A stretch of 64,000 nt of DNA, from positions 1-64,000 of the forward strand of contig JABIHA010000076.1 of the NCBI GenBank assembly GCA_018649885.1, written 5' to 3'. How positions within the stretch are numbered: position 1 is the stretch's first letter; the number at the start of each line of letters is the position of its first letter. The notes under the pieces were generated by a model, which worked only from the letters and a program-made list of their open reading frames with translations, searched no databases and was not told the DNA's origin. Origin of the DNA: Bacteriovoracaceae bacterium. Its GTDB lineage: Bacteria; Bdellovibrionota; Bacteriovoracia; Bacteriovoracales; Bacteriovoracaceae. The position numbers and the translations under genes are program-made. Below, in pieces: positions 1 through 8,725 of the stretch.

Positions 1-156
1 GCAATGTTTTTTAGATCATCAAATGACATGTTAAAATATTGGCAGAAAAATTACGATTGGCCAAATAATATAAATGACATAGGGCCGCACCGGCAAAAAG
101 ATAGAAGGGCCCGACAACTTATTGGGCAGTTACCCTTTTGCGGTGGAAGGTGCTAG
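1..156 (+). CDS. possible 3' end of a gene entering from the left edge (unknown product)
   Basis: Frame 1 is open from base 1 to TAG at 154-156 (AMFFRSSNDMLKYWQKNYDWPNN...). No recognisable motif. An alternative minus-strand start at 30 (MSFDDLKNIA) also exists. Confidence 0.3.
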   Translation, partial: AMFFRSSNDMLKYWQKNYDWPNNINDIGPHRQKDRRARQLIGQLPFCGGRC

Positions 157-210
157 CAGCACCTTCTAGCGCTATGAGGTATGTGACTGAGTCGGACTTC
201 CCAGTCCGAC
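146..210. repeat. two GC-rich REP-like hairpins
   Basis: GAAGGTGCT-agc-AGCACCTTC (146-166) and GTCGGACT-tccc-AGTCCGAC (191-210) are perfect stems in an AT-rich background. Confidence 0.5.
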
Positions 211-436
211 AGGCATCAAGCGCCAAAAACACCCAACATCTTTAAACCAAGAATCCGAAAAAACGTTAAATCCATCTCAGTGTTCGCCCTAAGACGCATG
301 CCTGCCGATTGTTTTGATGTAAATGAAGTCGATTTCCCTAAGCATAGAGCCCAGTCAACAGAGAATCAAACACCTAACCCCCCAAAAAATTCCCCCCTCA
401 AAAGCCTAACAACCAATGAAAATTTTTCAAAACCCC

Positions 437-464
437 ACAAGTTTCCAACAAAATTTTCCGATAA
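437..464 (+). promoter_or_regulatory. candidate sigma28 (FliA) promoter
   Basis: ACAAGTTT-N12-TCCGATAA versus consensus TAAAGTTT-N11-GCCGATAA, about 50 nt upstream of the ATG at 515. Confidence 0.4.
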
Positions 465-514
465 CCCTTACAATAAAACATACATAATAAAGATACACCG
501 TGGGGTCCTAAAAA

Positions 515-889
515 ATGTACTATCAAAGCAGCCTTCAATTCACTGATTTCCTTTCACCTGAGCACTTTTGCAATATAATCAATCGCGGAGAATCCATTGA
601 TTTTGATTTTATCTGCAGAGGATTTTCTAAAAATGAGAAGGGAATTGTGGTTACTGGTAGTTCAACAGATTTTAACTCCGAAATAACAATAACCCTGACC
701 GGTAAAACAATGGTTATCACTACAAACGATGGCACTCAACTTGTTGATTTTACATACAACACTGAGAAAAGCATACGAGATGAAATTAACAAGCTAGGTT
801 CTAGCATTCTCAGTAGAATTTATTTAAAAACCTCTTTTGCTCCCTTTGGAAATGATTCAAAACTTCAGATCCGAGTGCAAAAAATTTAG
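515..889 (+). CDS. hypothetical protein (124 aa)
   Basis: ATG ORF with a GGGG SD-like element upstream, protein-like composition, convergent with radA. Confidence 0.65.
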   Translation: MYYQSSLQFTDFLSPEHFCNIINRGESIDFDFICRGFSKNEKGIVVTGSSTDFNSEITITLTGKTMVITTNDGTQLVDFTYNTEKSIRDEINKLGSSILSRIYLKTSFAPFGNDSKLQIRVQKI

Positions 890-896
890 AAACTCC

Positions 897-2270
897 TCAA
901 AAAAGAATATTTTCCAACTCGTTGGCGCTTTTGATGCCTACAATTTCCATGGGAAATTTGTCTTTGAACTCATCGGCCATTTTCTCGCCTGTTATGACTT
1001 TTTTATAATTCATCATGGCCATTTCCTTGAGCCTCATCTCCATTCGTGGAACCGGTCGAACTTCGCCAGTCAAACCGACTTCACCCAGAAAAATTGTATC
1101 CTCGTCGAGGGGAACTGCTCGAAGAGAGCTCATAATGGAAGCTATTATTGATAAGTCAGATGCCCTTGCCGGCATCTTAACTCCGCCCACGACATTGAGA
1201 TAAATATCATTAAATTGTAGAGGAATTCCAAGATACTTTTCTATAACAGCAACAAGCATTGCAAGCCTATTACCATCAATTCCTTGAGTTGTTCTTCTAC
1301 CATTCCCATATTTATTTTCTACCACTAATGCTTGGACCTCAACAAAAAGGCTGCGAGTTCCCTCTACAATACATGTAAGCGAGCGGCCGTATGATTCATT
1401 ATTTGAAAAATCCAAAAAATATTGTGAGGGATTTGAAACTTCAGCGAGACCATTTTCTTTCATTTCAAAGATCCCTACTTCATTGGCATTTCCGAATCGA
1501 TTTTTAATTACTCGAAGCATCCGGTATTGCCCAAATTGATCACCTTCAAAATAAATAACGGTGTCAACCATATGCTCTAATGCTTTTGGCCCTGCGATGG
1601 CACCCTCTTTAGTAATGTGACCTATAATAAATGTTGTCACACCGAGGGCCTTACTCCAGTTCATAATTTCATATGTTACTTCTCGAACTTGAGAAATCGT
1701 TCCAGGAGCACCCTGAATGTCATCTGATAATGTTGTTTGAATAGAATCAATTATTAATAGACTTGGTTTCATTGATTTAACGACACTGAGGATACTCTGC
1801 CATGATGTTTCATTAATAATGAATATATTCTCTTCTGTGACTCCTAGCCTTTTCGCCCTCGCTGCAATTTGGCCCTCAGACTCCTCTCCGCTTACGTAAA
1901 GAATTTTTCCGTTTTTTAAACTACTCGCTACTTTTCCAGCAATATTGAGAAGAAGAGTTGATTTTCCAATTCCCGGCTCACCACCAATTAATGTAAGAGA
2001 TCCTATGGCAAGGCCCCCTCCTACAACCCTATCAAATTCAGAAATTTTCGTCTGAATCCTCTTTAAATTTTCTTCACTAATTTCTGCAACTGAAATGGGT
2101 CTATGTGAGAGATCGCTTGAGTGTGAGCGTCTTTTTTCTACGGCTGAATCATTTGAAGTTTGTTCTGAGAAGGTATTCCATTCATTGCACTCGGGACATT
2201 TACCCATCCATTTAATTTCTTTACGTCCACATCCATTGCAAAGAAAAAGAGATTTCTCTTTCTTTGCCAT
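897..2270 (-). CDS. radA: DNA repair protein RadA/Sms
   Basis: N-terminal CxxC..CxxC zinc finger, Walker A GEPGIGKST, KNRFG motif, Lon-like C-terminus. Confidence 0.98.
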   Translation of the reverse strand: MAKKEKSLFLCNGCGRKEIKWMGKCPECNEWNTFSEQTSNDSAVEKRRSHSSDLSHRPISVAEISEENLKRIQTKISEFDRVVGGGLAIGSLTLIGGEPGIGKSTLLLNIAGKVASSLKNGKILYVSGEESEGQIAARAKRLGVTEENIFIINETSWQSILSVVKSMKPSLLIIDSIQTTLSDDIQGAPGTISQVREVTYEIMNWSKALGVTTFIIGHITKEGAIAGPKALEHMVDTVIYFEGDQFGQYRMLRVIKNRFGNANEVGIFEMKENGLAEVSNPSQYFLDFSNNESYGRSLTCIVEGTRSLFVEVQALVVENKYGNGRRTTQGIDGNRLAMLVAVIEKYLGIPLQFNDIYLNVVGGVKMPARASDLSIIASIMSSLRAVPLDEDTIFLGEVGLTGEVRPVPRMEMRLKEMAMMNYKKVITGEKMADEFKDKFPMEIVGIKSANELENILF

Positions 2271-4165
2271 TAAAGCATGTCCTTTAGATCATTTTCAGTA
2301 ATTATTTTGATATTCAACTCTTTTGCCTTTTTAAATTTTGAAGATTTTGAATCGGTTTCGTTTGTTAAAAGAACATGTGTATTCTTTGAAACGCTTCCAA
2401 CAACCTTGCCTCCCACAGAGCGAATCCACCCTTCGACGACGGTCCTCTTCTCAGAAAGTGCTCCTGTTATACAGATACTCATACCTGACAGTTCCCCCTC
2501 TACTACTTGTGGTTTTTCAAATTTAAAACCTTTTTTCAATAATTCATTAATTAATTTCTTCTTCTTCTTAATTGATTCAACAAACTCAAATGATGATTTC
2601 TCAGCAAAGGAATCAAGTTGCATTAAATCTTCTATCTTCAGGGACATCACTTTTTCAATGGTATCAAACCCACCGTCTACAACTTTTTCACATTTGTTAT
2701 AAGCTCCGCCTGTAATTCCCAGTGCCGATAGGAATCTTTTTAAATCACTCTTTTTGCTTCCTTCAATACTGGCATGCAACTTAGTGGCCAATTTTTCCTT
2801 TGTTTTATCCAAAGTTAATAGTTTTTCGACCGTTAGGTCATAGAGATCAGAAGATGAAGCGACTAGCTCTACCCTGATCATCTCTTCTAGTCTTTTTGAA
2901 CTTAAATCATCAATACCAATTTTTTGGATGAAGTTTAATATTTCTTCTTTAACTTTATCCGGGCAGCTTTGGTTTTCACAGCGAAGTCGTATATCATCTA
3001 TTAACAACTCACCTAAACAGCTAGGACAATGCGTAGGAATGATAAATTCATTGCCAGAGCTTTTAACGACTTCTAAAAATTTGGGGATCACTTCTCCAGA
3101 GCGAATAATTTCAATTTCATCACCCTCTTTGAGCTGATGACTTTCTACAAGTCCATAATTGTGAAGGGTCACCCTCGAAATCATCGCTCCACTTAACTCT
3201 GTTGGTACAATTTCAGCAACAGGAGTTAGCACTCCATTTCTTGAAACGGACCAAAGAATTTTTTTAATCTTTGTTTTTTTGGATTCACCGGCAAATTTAA
3301 ATGCCAATTTGTAGCGTGGGTGGTGAGCAGTTGAGCCCAGCTCTTCGTGTAAGTTTAAATCATTATATGAAAAAACAAGACCATCTATTAAATAGTCACC
3401 CTCAGACATAAATTCTCTTGATTCCTCAATAACACCATCTATTTTTTTTGGATTTTTATGAAGTGTGAATTCGGGAAGCTCAAACCCCATTTTCTCTAGA
3501 ACTAAAATCCTCTCCCACTCTGTTTTCGATTTTTCTTTTAAATCTATTATTCCAAATGCCTTAAATTTTAAAAATTTGCATAAATCTAAATTTTCTTTTC
3601 TTCCCATAAGCCCAGCAACAATATTTCTCTGGCTAGTTGGTTTTTCAAGCCCCCTGGACACCATCTCCTTTGCCAGGTGAAAAAAGCTTTGTTCGTCACA
3701 AAAAATTTCTCCCCGAACTTCAACTTCCTTTGAAGCTTTAATTTTTAACTTTTGGGGTACACATTGAATCCAGCAAACCTTTGGAAAAATATCCTCTCCA
3801 AATGATCCATCCCCTCTCGTCTTGGCAATTTTTAAACTCATATTTTCATAGACAAGCGAGCAGCTTACTCCATCGATTTTGAAAGTACTTACAACTTCCT
3901 TTTCATCGATCCACTTTATTAAATCATCTTTTTTGTAAGTCTTACCCAGGGATAACATTTTAGTATCATGTTTTATTTTTTTACTACCCTTGATGATTGT
4001 CCCAACTAAATCGAGGACAGGGCTTTCGGGATTAAGCTTTTCAAGCTCAGCTTCTAACCCATCAAAGTCTTGGTCTGAAATCTCTGCTCTTCCACTGTAA
4101 TAAAGGGACTTGTGCTTCTTAATTTCTTCTTCAAGATACTTTACACGATCCAAAACAACCTCCAT
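2270..4165 (-). CDS. ligA: NAD-dependent DNA ligase
   Basis: KIDG adenylation motif, TRGDG, EVRGE, RSGEVIP, C4 zinc finger (CPSC..C..C), C-terminal BRCT. Stop overlaps the radA start. Confidence 0.97.
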   Translation of the reverse strand: MEVVLDRVKYLEEEIKKHKSLYYSGRAEISDQDFDGLEAELEKLNPESPVLDLVGTIIKGSKKIKHDTKMLSLGKTYKKDDLIKWIDEKEVVSTFKIDGVSCSLVYENMSLKIAKTRGDGSFGEDIFPKVCWIQCVPQKLKIKASKEVEVRGEIFCDEQSFFHLAKEMVSRGLEKPTSQRNIVAGLMGRKENLDLCKFLKFKAFGIIDLKEKSKTEWERILVLEKMGFELPEFTLHKNPKKIDGVIEESREFMSEGDYLIDGLVFSYNDLNLHEELGSTAHHPRYKLAFKFAGESKKTKIKKILWSVSRNGVLTPVAEIVPTELSGAMISRVTLHNYGLVESHQLKEGDEIEIIRSGEVIPKFLEVVKSSGNEFIIPTHCPSCLGELLIDDIRLRCENQSCPDKVKEEILNFIQKIGIDDLSSKRLEEMIRVELVASSSDLYDLTVEKLLTLDKTKEKLATKLHASIEGSKKSDLKRFLSALGITGGAYNKCEKVVDGGFDTIEKVMSLKIEDLMQLDSFAEKSSFEFVESIKKKKKLINELLKKGFKFEKPQVVEGELSGMSICITGALSEKRTVVEGWIRSVGGKVVGSVSKNTHVLLTNETDSKSSKFKKAKELNIKIITENDLKDML

Positions 4166-4270
4166 CAAATTGAACCGAATATATACCCATCACCCTAAAC
4201 TTTTCAAGGTAATGGCTTTGTTTAAGGGAAAAAGGTAGGCAACCAGCAACGAATATGTCGCAAGGGGGCA

Positions 4271-5737
4271 TTAAAAACTGTAGCTTGCTCCGGCTCCAAG
4301 ATTCATATTATTATGGGATAATTCTTTACTACCATCAAACTTTGCTTTGGCATTTATCATTTCAAAATAACCCCTAAATGCGACATTGAAGGTGTACTCA
4401 TATGATCCGCCAAGCTTTAAGGTATAAATATTGCTCGACTTATCGTCTCCGTAGACCTCCTCCTCCTCACCCATACCCGCAAGAGGCACAGCTTCAAACA
4501 AGGCAAAAATTCTAAGTGACTTCATTATAGGCATACTACCTTTCACTCCCAGCAGTATTCCTCTGATCGCAGTTTCCCCAATTCCTTCCGAGTTTTTAGC
4601 ATCATAGTTAAAGCTATATCTTCTGTAGCCAGTGTAGACATCTACTTGCGGACCGTAGAAAAAACCCATCGGGAGCCATTTATAACCCCCTGCAAACTTG
4701 TACCGTCCAACCGCAACTCCATTTGTTGTTAAATCTGATGTGCCCTCTGATTTTGAATAAGTTCCAAAGGTCCGACCAATTTCTAGCCCGCCCCAGAAAT
4801 TTCGAGTTGCCCACACCTCTGCATAAAGATTAATACCAAAGTGAGTCCCAGAGAATTTTCTAGAATTAGTAAAAAGAGTTGTATGACTTCCCATTCCAAA
4901 AATTATATCTGCATCGACAAACCCGATTTTTCCAAATTGTTCTTTTTTTAACTCCGGATAGGTTGTCTTTGGATCATATTCTCCTGGTAAGATTTTCTCT
5001 AACCTAACCCAATCGCCCATGCGAAGCTTCTTATCAGTGACATATTTGCTAACCGTACCAAAAGCTTGAAATTCAGAAACCTTGAAAACTTGCCCTCTGG
5101 CAACAAGTTCAGACTCCCAATCAACGATCTCTTTTAAAAGTGGATGATGTTTTTTTCTGAGTGGCCTTCTGACAACAATTTTTCTGCCTATTTTTACCGA
5201 TGAAGCCTTACCAATATCAACTGTAATCTGATCACCTAGTATACCTACGATTTTTCCATCATAGGGAATGACTTTATCGTAAGCCTCAAGCCAATTTATA
5301 ATTTTTTGAGGAATTGAATTATATTCCCTTTCATCTACACTATCTTTTTCTTTAAAATAAAGATCTATTCCATTTTGCCCATACACTTTTAAATCAACGT
5401 CAATACCGCCATCTTGGTTTTGTGTTAGATGGACTTTAATGAGAGAGCCCGTTTTAGTTTTTCTTGCAACGAGAGAAAGGACTTCCTTACTTGCCAGATG
5501 CTTTTCAAGATTTTTACTATAGCCTTTCAAAATATTAATTACCCCGGAGTTGTGTTTGTAATAACACCAGCTGCAATCTTTTAAATATCTTTCGAGCTCA
5601 ACGAATACCTTATATGAATAAGCACCTTTCATATTATCTGTAACAGGAAGGAGCATACATCTTCTCATACTCAAATCTGCATGAGCGGATGATACCAACT
5701 GAATTAATAGAAATAAGTAAACAATGCCAGCTTTCAT
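4271..5737 (-). CDS. exported protein with FlgT_C-like middle domain and C-terminal outer-membrane beta-barrel
   Basis: Signal peptide (..SAHA-D); 'GKIVGILGDQITVDIG' beta motif; alternating aromatic beta-strands ending in terminal Phe (GASYSF). Confidence 0.65.
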   Translation of the reverse strand: MKAGIVYLFLLIQLVSSAHADLSMRRCMLLPVTDNMKGAYSYKVFVELERYLKDCSWCYYKHNSGVINILKGYSKNLEKHLASKEVLSLVARKTKTGSLIKVHLTQNQDGGIDVDLKVYGQNGIDLYFKEKDSVDEREYNSIPQKIINWLEAYDKVIPYDGKIVGILGDQITVDIGKASSVKIGRKIVVRRPLRKKHHPLLKEIVDWESELVARGQVFKVSEFQAFGTVSKYVTDKKLRMGDWVRLEKILPGEYDPKTTYPELKKEQFGKIGFVDADIIFGMGSHTTLFTNSRKFSGTHFGINLYAEVWATRNFWGGLEIGRTFGTYSKSEGTSDLTTNGVAVGRYKFAGGYKWLPMGFFYGPQVDVYTGYRRYSFNYDAKNSEGIGETAIRGILLGVKGSMPIMKSLRIFALFEAVPLAGMGEEEEVYGDDKSSNIYTLKLGGSYEYTFNVAFRGYFEMINAKAKFDGSKELSHNNMNLGAGASYSF

Positions 5738-6057
5738 TTTGAAAACGTTGGCAAGGCCGGAGGTTGGTCTGATGGAGCACTACCTTTTGATTCATATATC
5801 TGAACTAACATTTTTAGTTCCATATTTTCGTTTTGCAGTTCCACAATTTGTGTTTCAAGCCTTTGAATCTTAAGTTTCATCTCAAGATCCTCTCCACTCA
5901 GATCATTTTGAGGGTGGTCATGGCGGATCAGGTACTTTCCATTTTCGAACTTGAATATGGCCTTTCCAGACTTTATCCTTCTACGAATAGTAGAAATAGA
6001 TATACCTTTTGAACTTGAATATTCGGTAATAGATAACCAAGTAACATTGTCAGACAT
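5734..6057 (-). CDS. small HTH (excisionase/MerR-like) DNA-binding protein with C-terminal coiled coil
   Basis: WLSITEYS...GISISTIRRRIKSGK helix-turn-helix pattern; heptad repeat LETQIVELQNENMELKML; SD GAGGTG before the ATG at 6057. Confidence 0.75.
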   Translation of the reverse strand: MSDNVTWLSITEYSSSKGISISTIRRRIKSGKAIFKFENGKYLIRHDHPQNDLSGEDLEMKLKIQRLETQIVELQNENMELKMLVQIYESKGSAPSDQPPALPTFSK

Positions 6058-6158
6058 TTTCACCTCGTCTTTCCTGCTTTAATAATAAAGAAAATACTCG
6101 ATTTCTGCAAAACATTATTTTTCAAAACACAGTAAATACCCTAGAATTTTATTCTAAT

Positions 6159-7334
6159 ATGCTAGATTTAAGTCCCATGAAAAATAAAAAGATCTCCTTC
6201 GTTTGTTCAGGAGGTGTCGCAAAGGCGGCTGCCTGGCATTTAGGCGTTGCTTTGGCCTTAGATGACATGGGTTTTTCCTTTAAACACAATAATTCTGATG
6301 CTGACTCCCCTTCATCTCTAGAAATATCCTCATTTGTTGGCTCCTCTGCTGGGGCCATGGTTTGTCTTTATCTCACCTGCGGATATAGTCCTCAAGATGT
6401 GATCAATTCAACACTTCGGATGGAAAATGCTCTTTTTCCGGCCTTTACCTATAAAGACTTCTTCACCATGCGAAGGCCTGGTAAAGCTAAGCTAAAAAAA
6501 GAGCTTGCCTCATCATTTGATGGATTTCCAGCACTCATTCAAAAAATGATTAGTCCCATTACTCAAATCTCAGGGCTTTTTAGCACAGCAGGCATTGCAG
6601 ACTATATTCGCAACCATATAATCCATTCAGAAAATTTTGAGGATTTTGATGCAGATCTCTTTATTGTGGGCACGCAGTTAGATCACTCAAGGAAGGTAAT
6701 ATTTAGTAAGTACAATTACCCAAATCCCAATCATGACTCAACTGCAGAGTATTACACTGGAATTTCGGTTGTTGATGCAGCTTGCGCTAGCATGGCAGTC
6801 CCCCCATTCTTTTGCCCTCATCCCATAAAAAACCCTGTCAACGACGATTTAGAATATTATATTGATGGTGAAATAAGAGAAACACTCTCAACACACGTAG
6901 CAAAAGATAATGGGGCCAATTATATAATTAGCTCGTGGACCCATACGCCCTATCACTACCACCATGAAGTAGGCTCTCTAGTAAACTATGGTATCCCCTC
7001 AATATGCCTACAGGCCATTTATCTGATGATACAAAAAAAGATTGTCGCTTCAAGGGCAAGGGAAGCCACCTCAAAGGATATTGTTGATAGTGTTAGTACT
7101 TATATGATTTCAGAGAAGTTTAATGATAAGAATAGAAAGGACATTCTCACCATTCTTGAGAGAAAATTAAATTATAATGCCAACGTTAAGTACATTGATA
7201 TTTTCCCTTCTCACACAAACTATCAACTTTTCTTTGGGAACTCATTTTCACTTAATCCAAAGCTTCTCTCACAAATTGTTCGAACTGGTTACAAGCGAAC
7301 TTTTCATAGTTTAAAAAATTATAAATGGGACTAG
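6159..7334 (+). CDS. patatin-like phospholipase
   Basis: SGGxxK oxyanion loop, GSSAG nucleophile elbow, ASMAVP, YIDG catalytic Asp. Confidence 0.9.
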   Translation: MLDLSPMKNKKISFVCSGGVAKAAAWHLGVALALDDMGFSFKHNNSDADSPSSLEISSFVGSSAGAMVCLYLTCGYSPQDVINSTLRMENALFPAFTYKDFFTMRRPGKAKLKKELASSFDGFPALIQKMISPITQISGLFSTAGIADYIRNHIIHSENFEDFDADLFIVGTQLDHSRKVIFSKYNYPNPNHDSTAEYYTGISVVDAACASMAVPPFFCPHPIKNPVNDDLEYYIDGEIRETLSTHVAKDNGANYIISSWTHTPYHYHHEVGSLVNYGIPSICLQAIYLMIQKKIVASRAREATSKDIVDSVSTYMISEKFNDKNRKDILTILERKLNYNANVKYIDIFPSHTNYQLFFGNSFSLNPKLLSQIVRTGYKRTFHSLKNYKWD

Positions 7335-8725
7335 TAAAATATCTAACCCTCCTATTGTGTCCACTGCTCGCCCATGGATTTGATGTCCATCGATCACTCA
7401 ATAATGATTTTTCCCAAATAGAAGAAATCATTAAGGAAAATACGATTTCTCCAGAGTTCAAGCCTAAGCATTCTTTTTTAACAATTCCCGTTGTGGATAA
7501 GATTCTTTCTGATCCACTCAATATTGTTCATAAGGATTTAAAAGTTGATCCTTATTGGTATATCCCAACTCGCTTCTGGTTTTCGATTTACACTCAATAC
7601 ACTACTCGCCACGTTGTTTTCCATGACAAAAACAACCTGGGCCTTGTGTATGAAGTTATAGACTATTCAGACTTAAGTTATGCTCCTCTTAATTCTTTTG
7701 TGAGAAGAAAAATTCAAAACAGGCACAATCGAATTAAAAAAAGAAAGATCATTAAAAATCTGGAAAACCTGAGGGATCGAAAAAAATTAAATAACCCATC
7801 CACAAAGCAGCTAAAGTGGTTAATTCAAGCCAGTAATCTTTCCATTCCAAGAAAAAAATCAGCCCGCTACAAGTTTTTTAACAAACTCATTGGTAATTTG
7901 AGAGCTCAAACGGGGCAAAGAGAGCAAATTTTCCAAGGAGTTATTAACTCTCTCCCCTATAGAGACTATATGCTCAAATTGGCCGGGCAATTTAGAATTC
8001 CAAGGGATTTACTGGCCATCCCTTTTTTAGAATCAAGTTTCAATACCAAAGCTGTATCCAAAGTTGGGGCTTCCGGAATCTGGCAAATCATGCCAATTAT
8101 TGGGCGAAGACTGTTTCCTAAAGAAAAAAAGGTATTAGATTTTAGAAGGAATGTATTTTTTGCAACAGTTGGGGCCATGCACCTTTTAAAACAAAATCAC
8201 CGTATTCTTAAGAGCTGGGATCTTGCCATTACTGCATATAATTCTGGAACCAAGCATCTACTTCGGGCAAAAAGAAAACTGAAGCTTAAAAAAATGAAAC
8301 TAAAAGATGTGTTTGAGGGATATAAACACCCACACCTAGGATTTGCCAGCAAAAACTTTTTCGCTGAGTTTCTGGCCCTTGCACATGTCCTAGCATACAA
8401 GGACATCATCTTTCCTCTCGAGGGCGTCTCTGACATAGAGGACCAACCCAGTTTTAACACGAAAGATTTGGGGTTTTACATCTCACTATGTGGCTACTAT
8501 CCAAAAAAACTCTTTAATGCCGTTAAAGCTAATTCAAAAGATATTTTCCAAATTAATAATCATATTAGAAATATAAAAATTCCTTTCAAGAGAGGCTCTC
8601 TTCTCGTCTCTGATGTCCCACTAGACTCCAAAAGGTATTACAACGTAAGTTTTAGAAAAATCGCCAGACACTTTCCTAGGCATTGGAAAAAATTCATTTC
8701 AAATCAGAGTTGTTCGATGAGATAG
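7325..8725 (+). CDS. lytic transglycosylase (SLT domain, MltD-like), exported
   Basis: Signal peptide; PFLESSFN catalytic Glu, GASGIWQIMP, WDLAITAYNSG. Confidence 0.9.
   Translation: MGLVKYLTLLLCPLLAHGFDVHRSLNNDFSQIEEIIKENTISPEFKPKHSFLTIPVVDKILSDPLNIVHKDLKVDPYWYIPTRFWFSIYTQYTTRHVVFHDKNNLGLVYEVIDYSDLSYAPLNSFVRRKIQNRHNRIKKRKIIKNLENLRDRKKLNNPSTKQLKWLIQASNLSIPRKKSARYKFFNKLIGNLRAQTGQREQIFQGVINSLPYRDYMLKLAGQFRIPRDLLAIPFLESSFNTKAVSKVGASGIWQIMPIIGRRLFPKEKKVLDFRRNVFFATVGAMHLLKQNHRILKSWDLAITAYNSGTKHLLRAKRKLKLKKMKLKDVFEGYKHPHLGFASKNFFAEFLALAHVLAYKDIIFPLEGVSDIEDQPSFNTKDLGFYISLCGYYPKKLFNAVKANSKDIFQINNHIRNIKIPFKRGSLLVSDVPLDSKRYYNVSFRKIARHFPRHWKKFISNQSCSMR

Noticed and set aside
82..225. c-di-GMP or cobalamin riboswitch, SRP, 6S, RNase P RNA or tmRNA
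   Set aside because: None of the diagnostic conserved sequence motifs could be matched on either strand by eye.
280..546. 88-aa ORF
   Set aside because: Low-complexity translation of promoter-like intergenic DNA that overlaps the better ORF at 515.
7492..7500. Perfect DnaA box (TGTGGATAA) inside the SLT gene
   Set aside because: An isolated 9-mer is expected by chance in 64 kb of AT-rich DNA.
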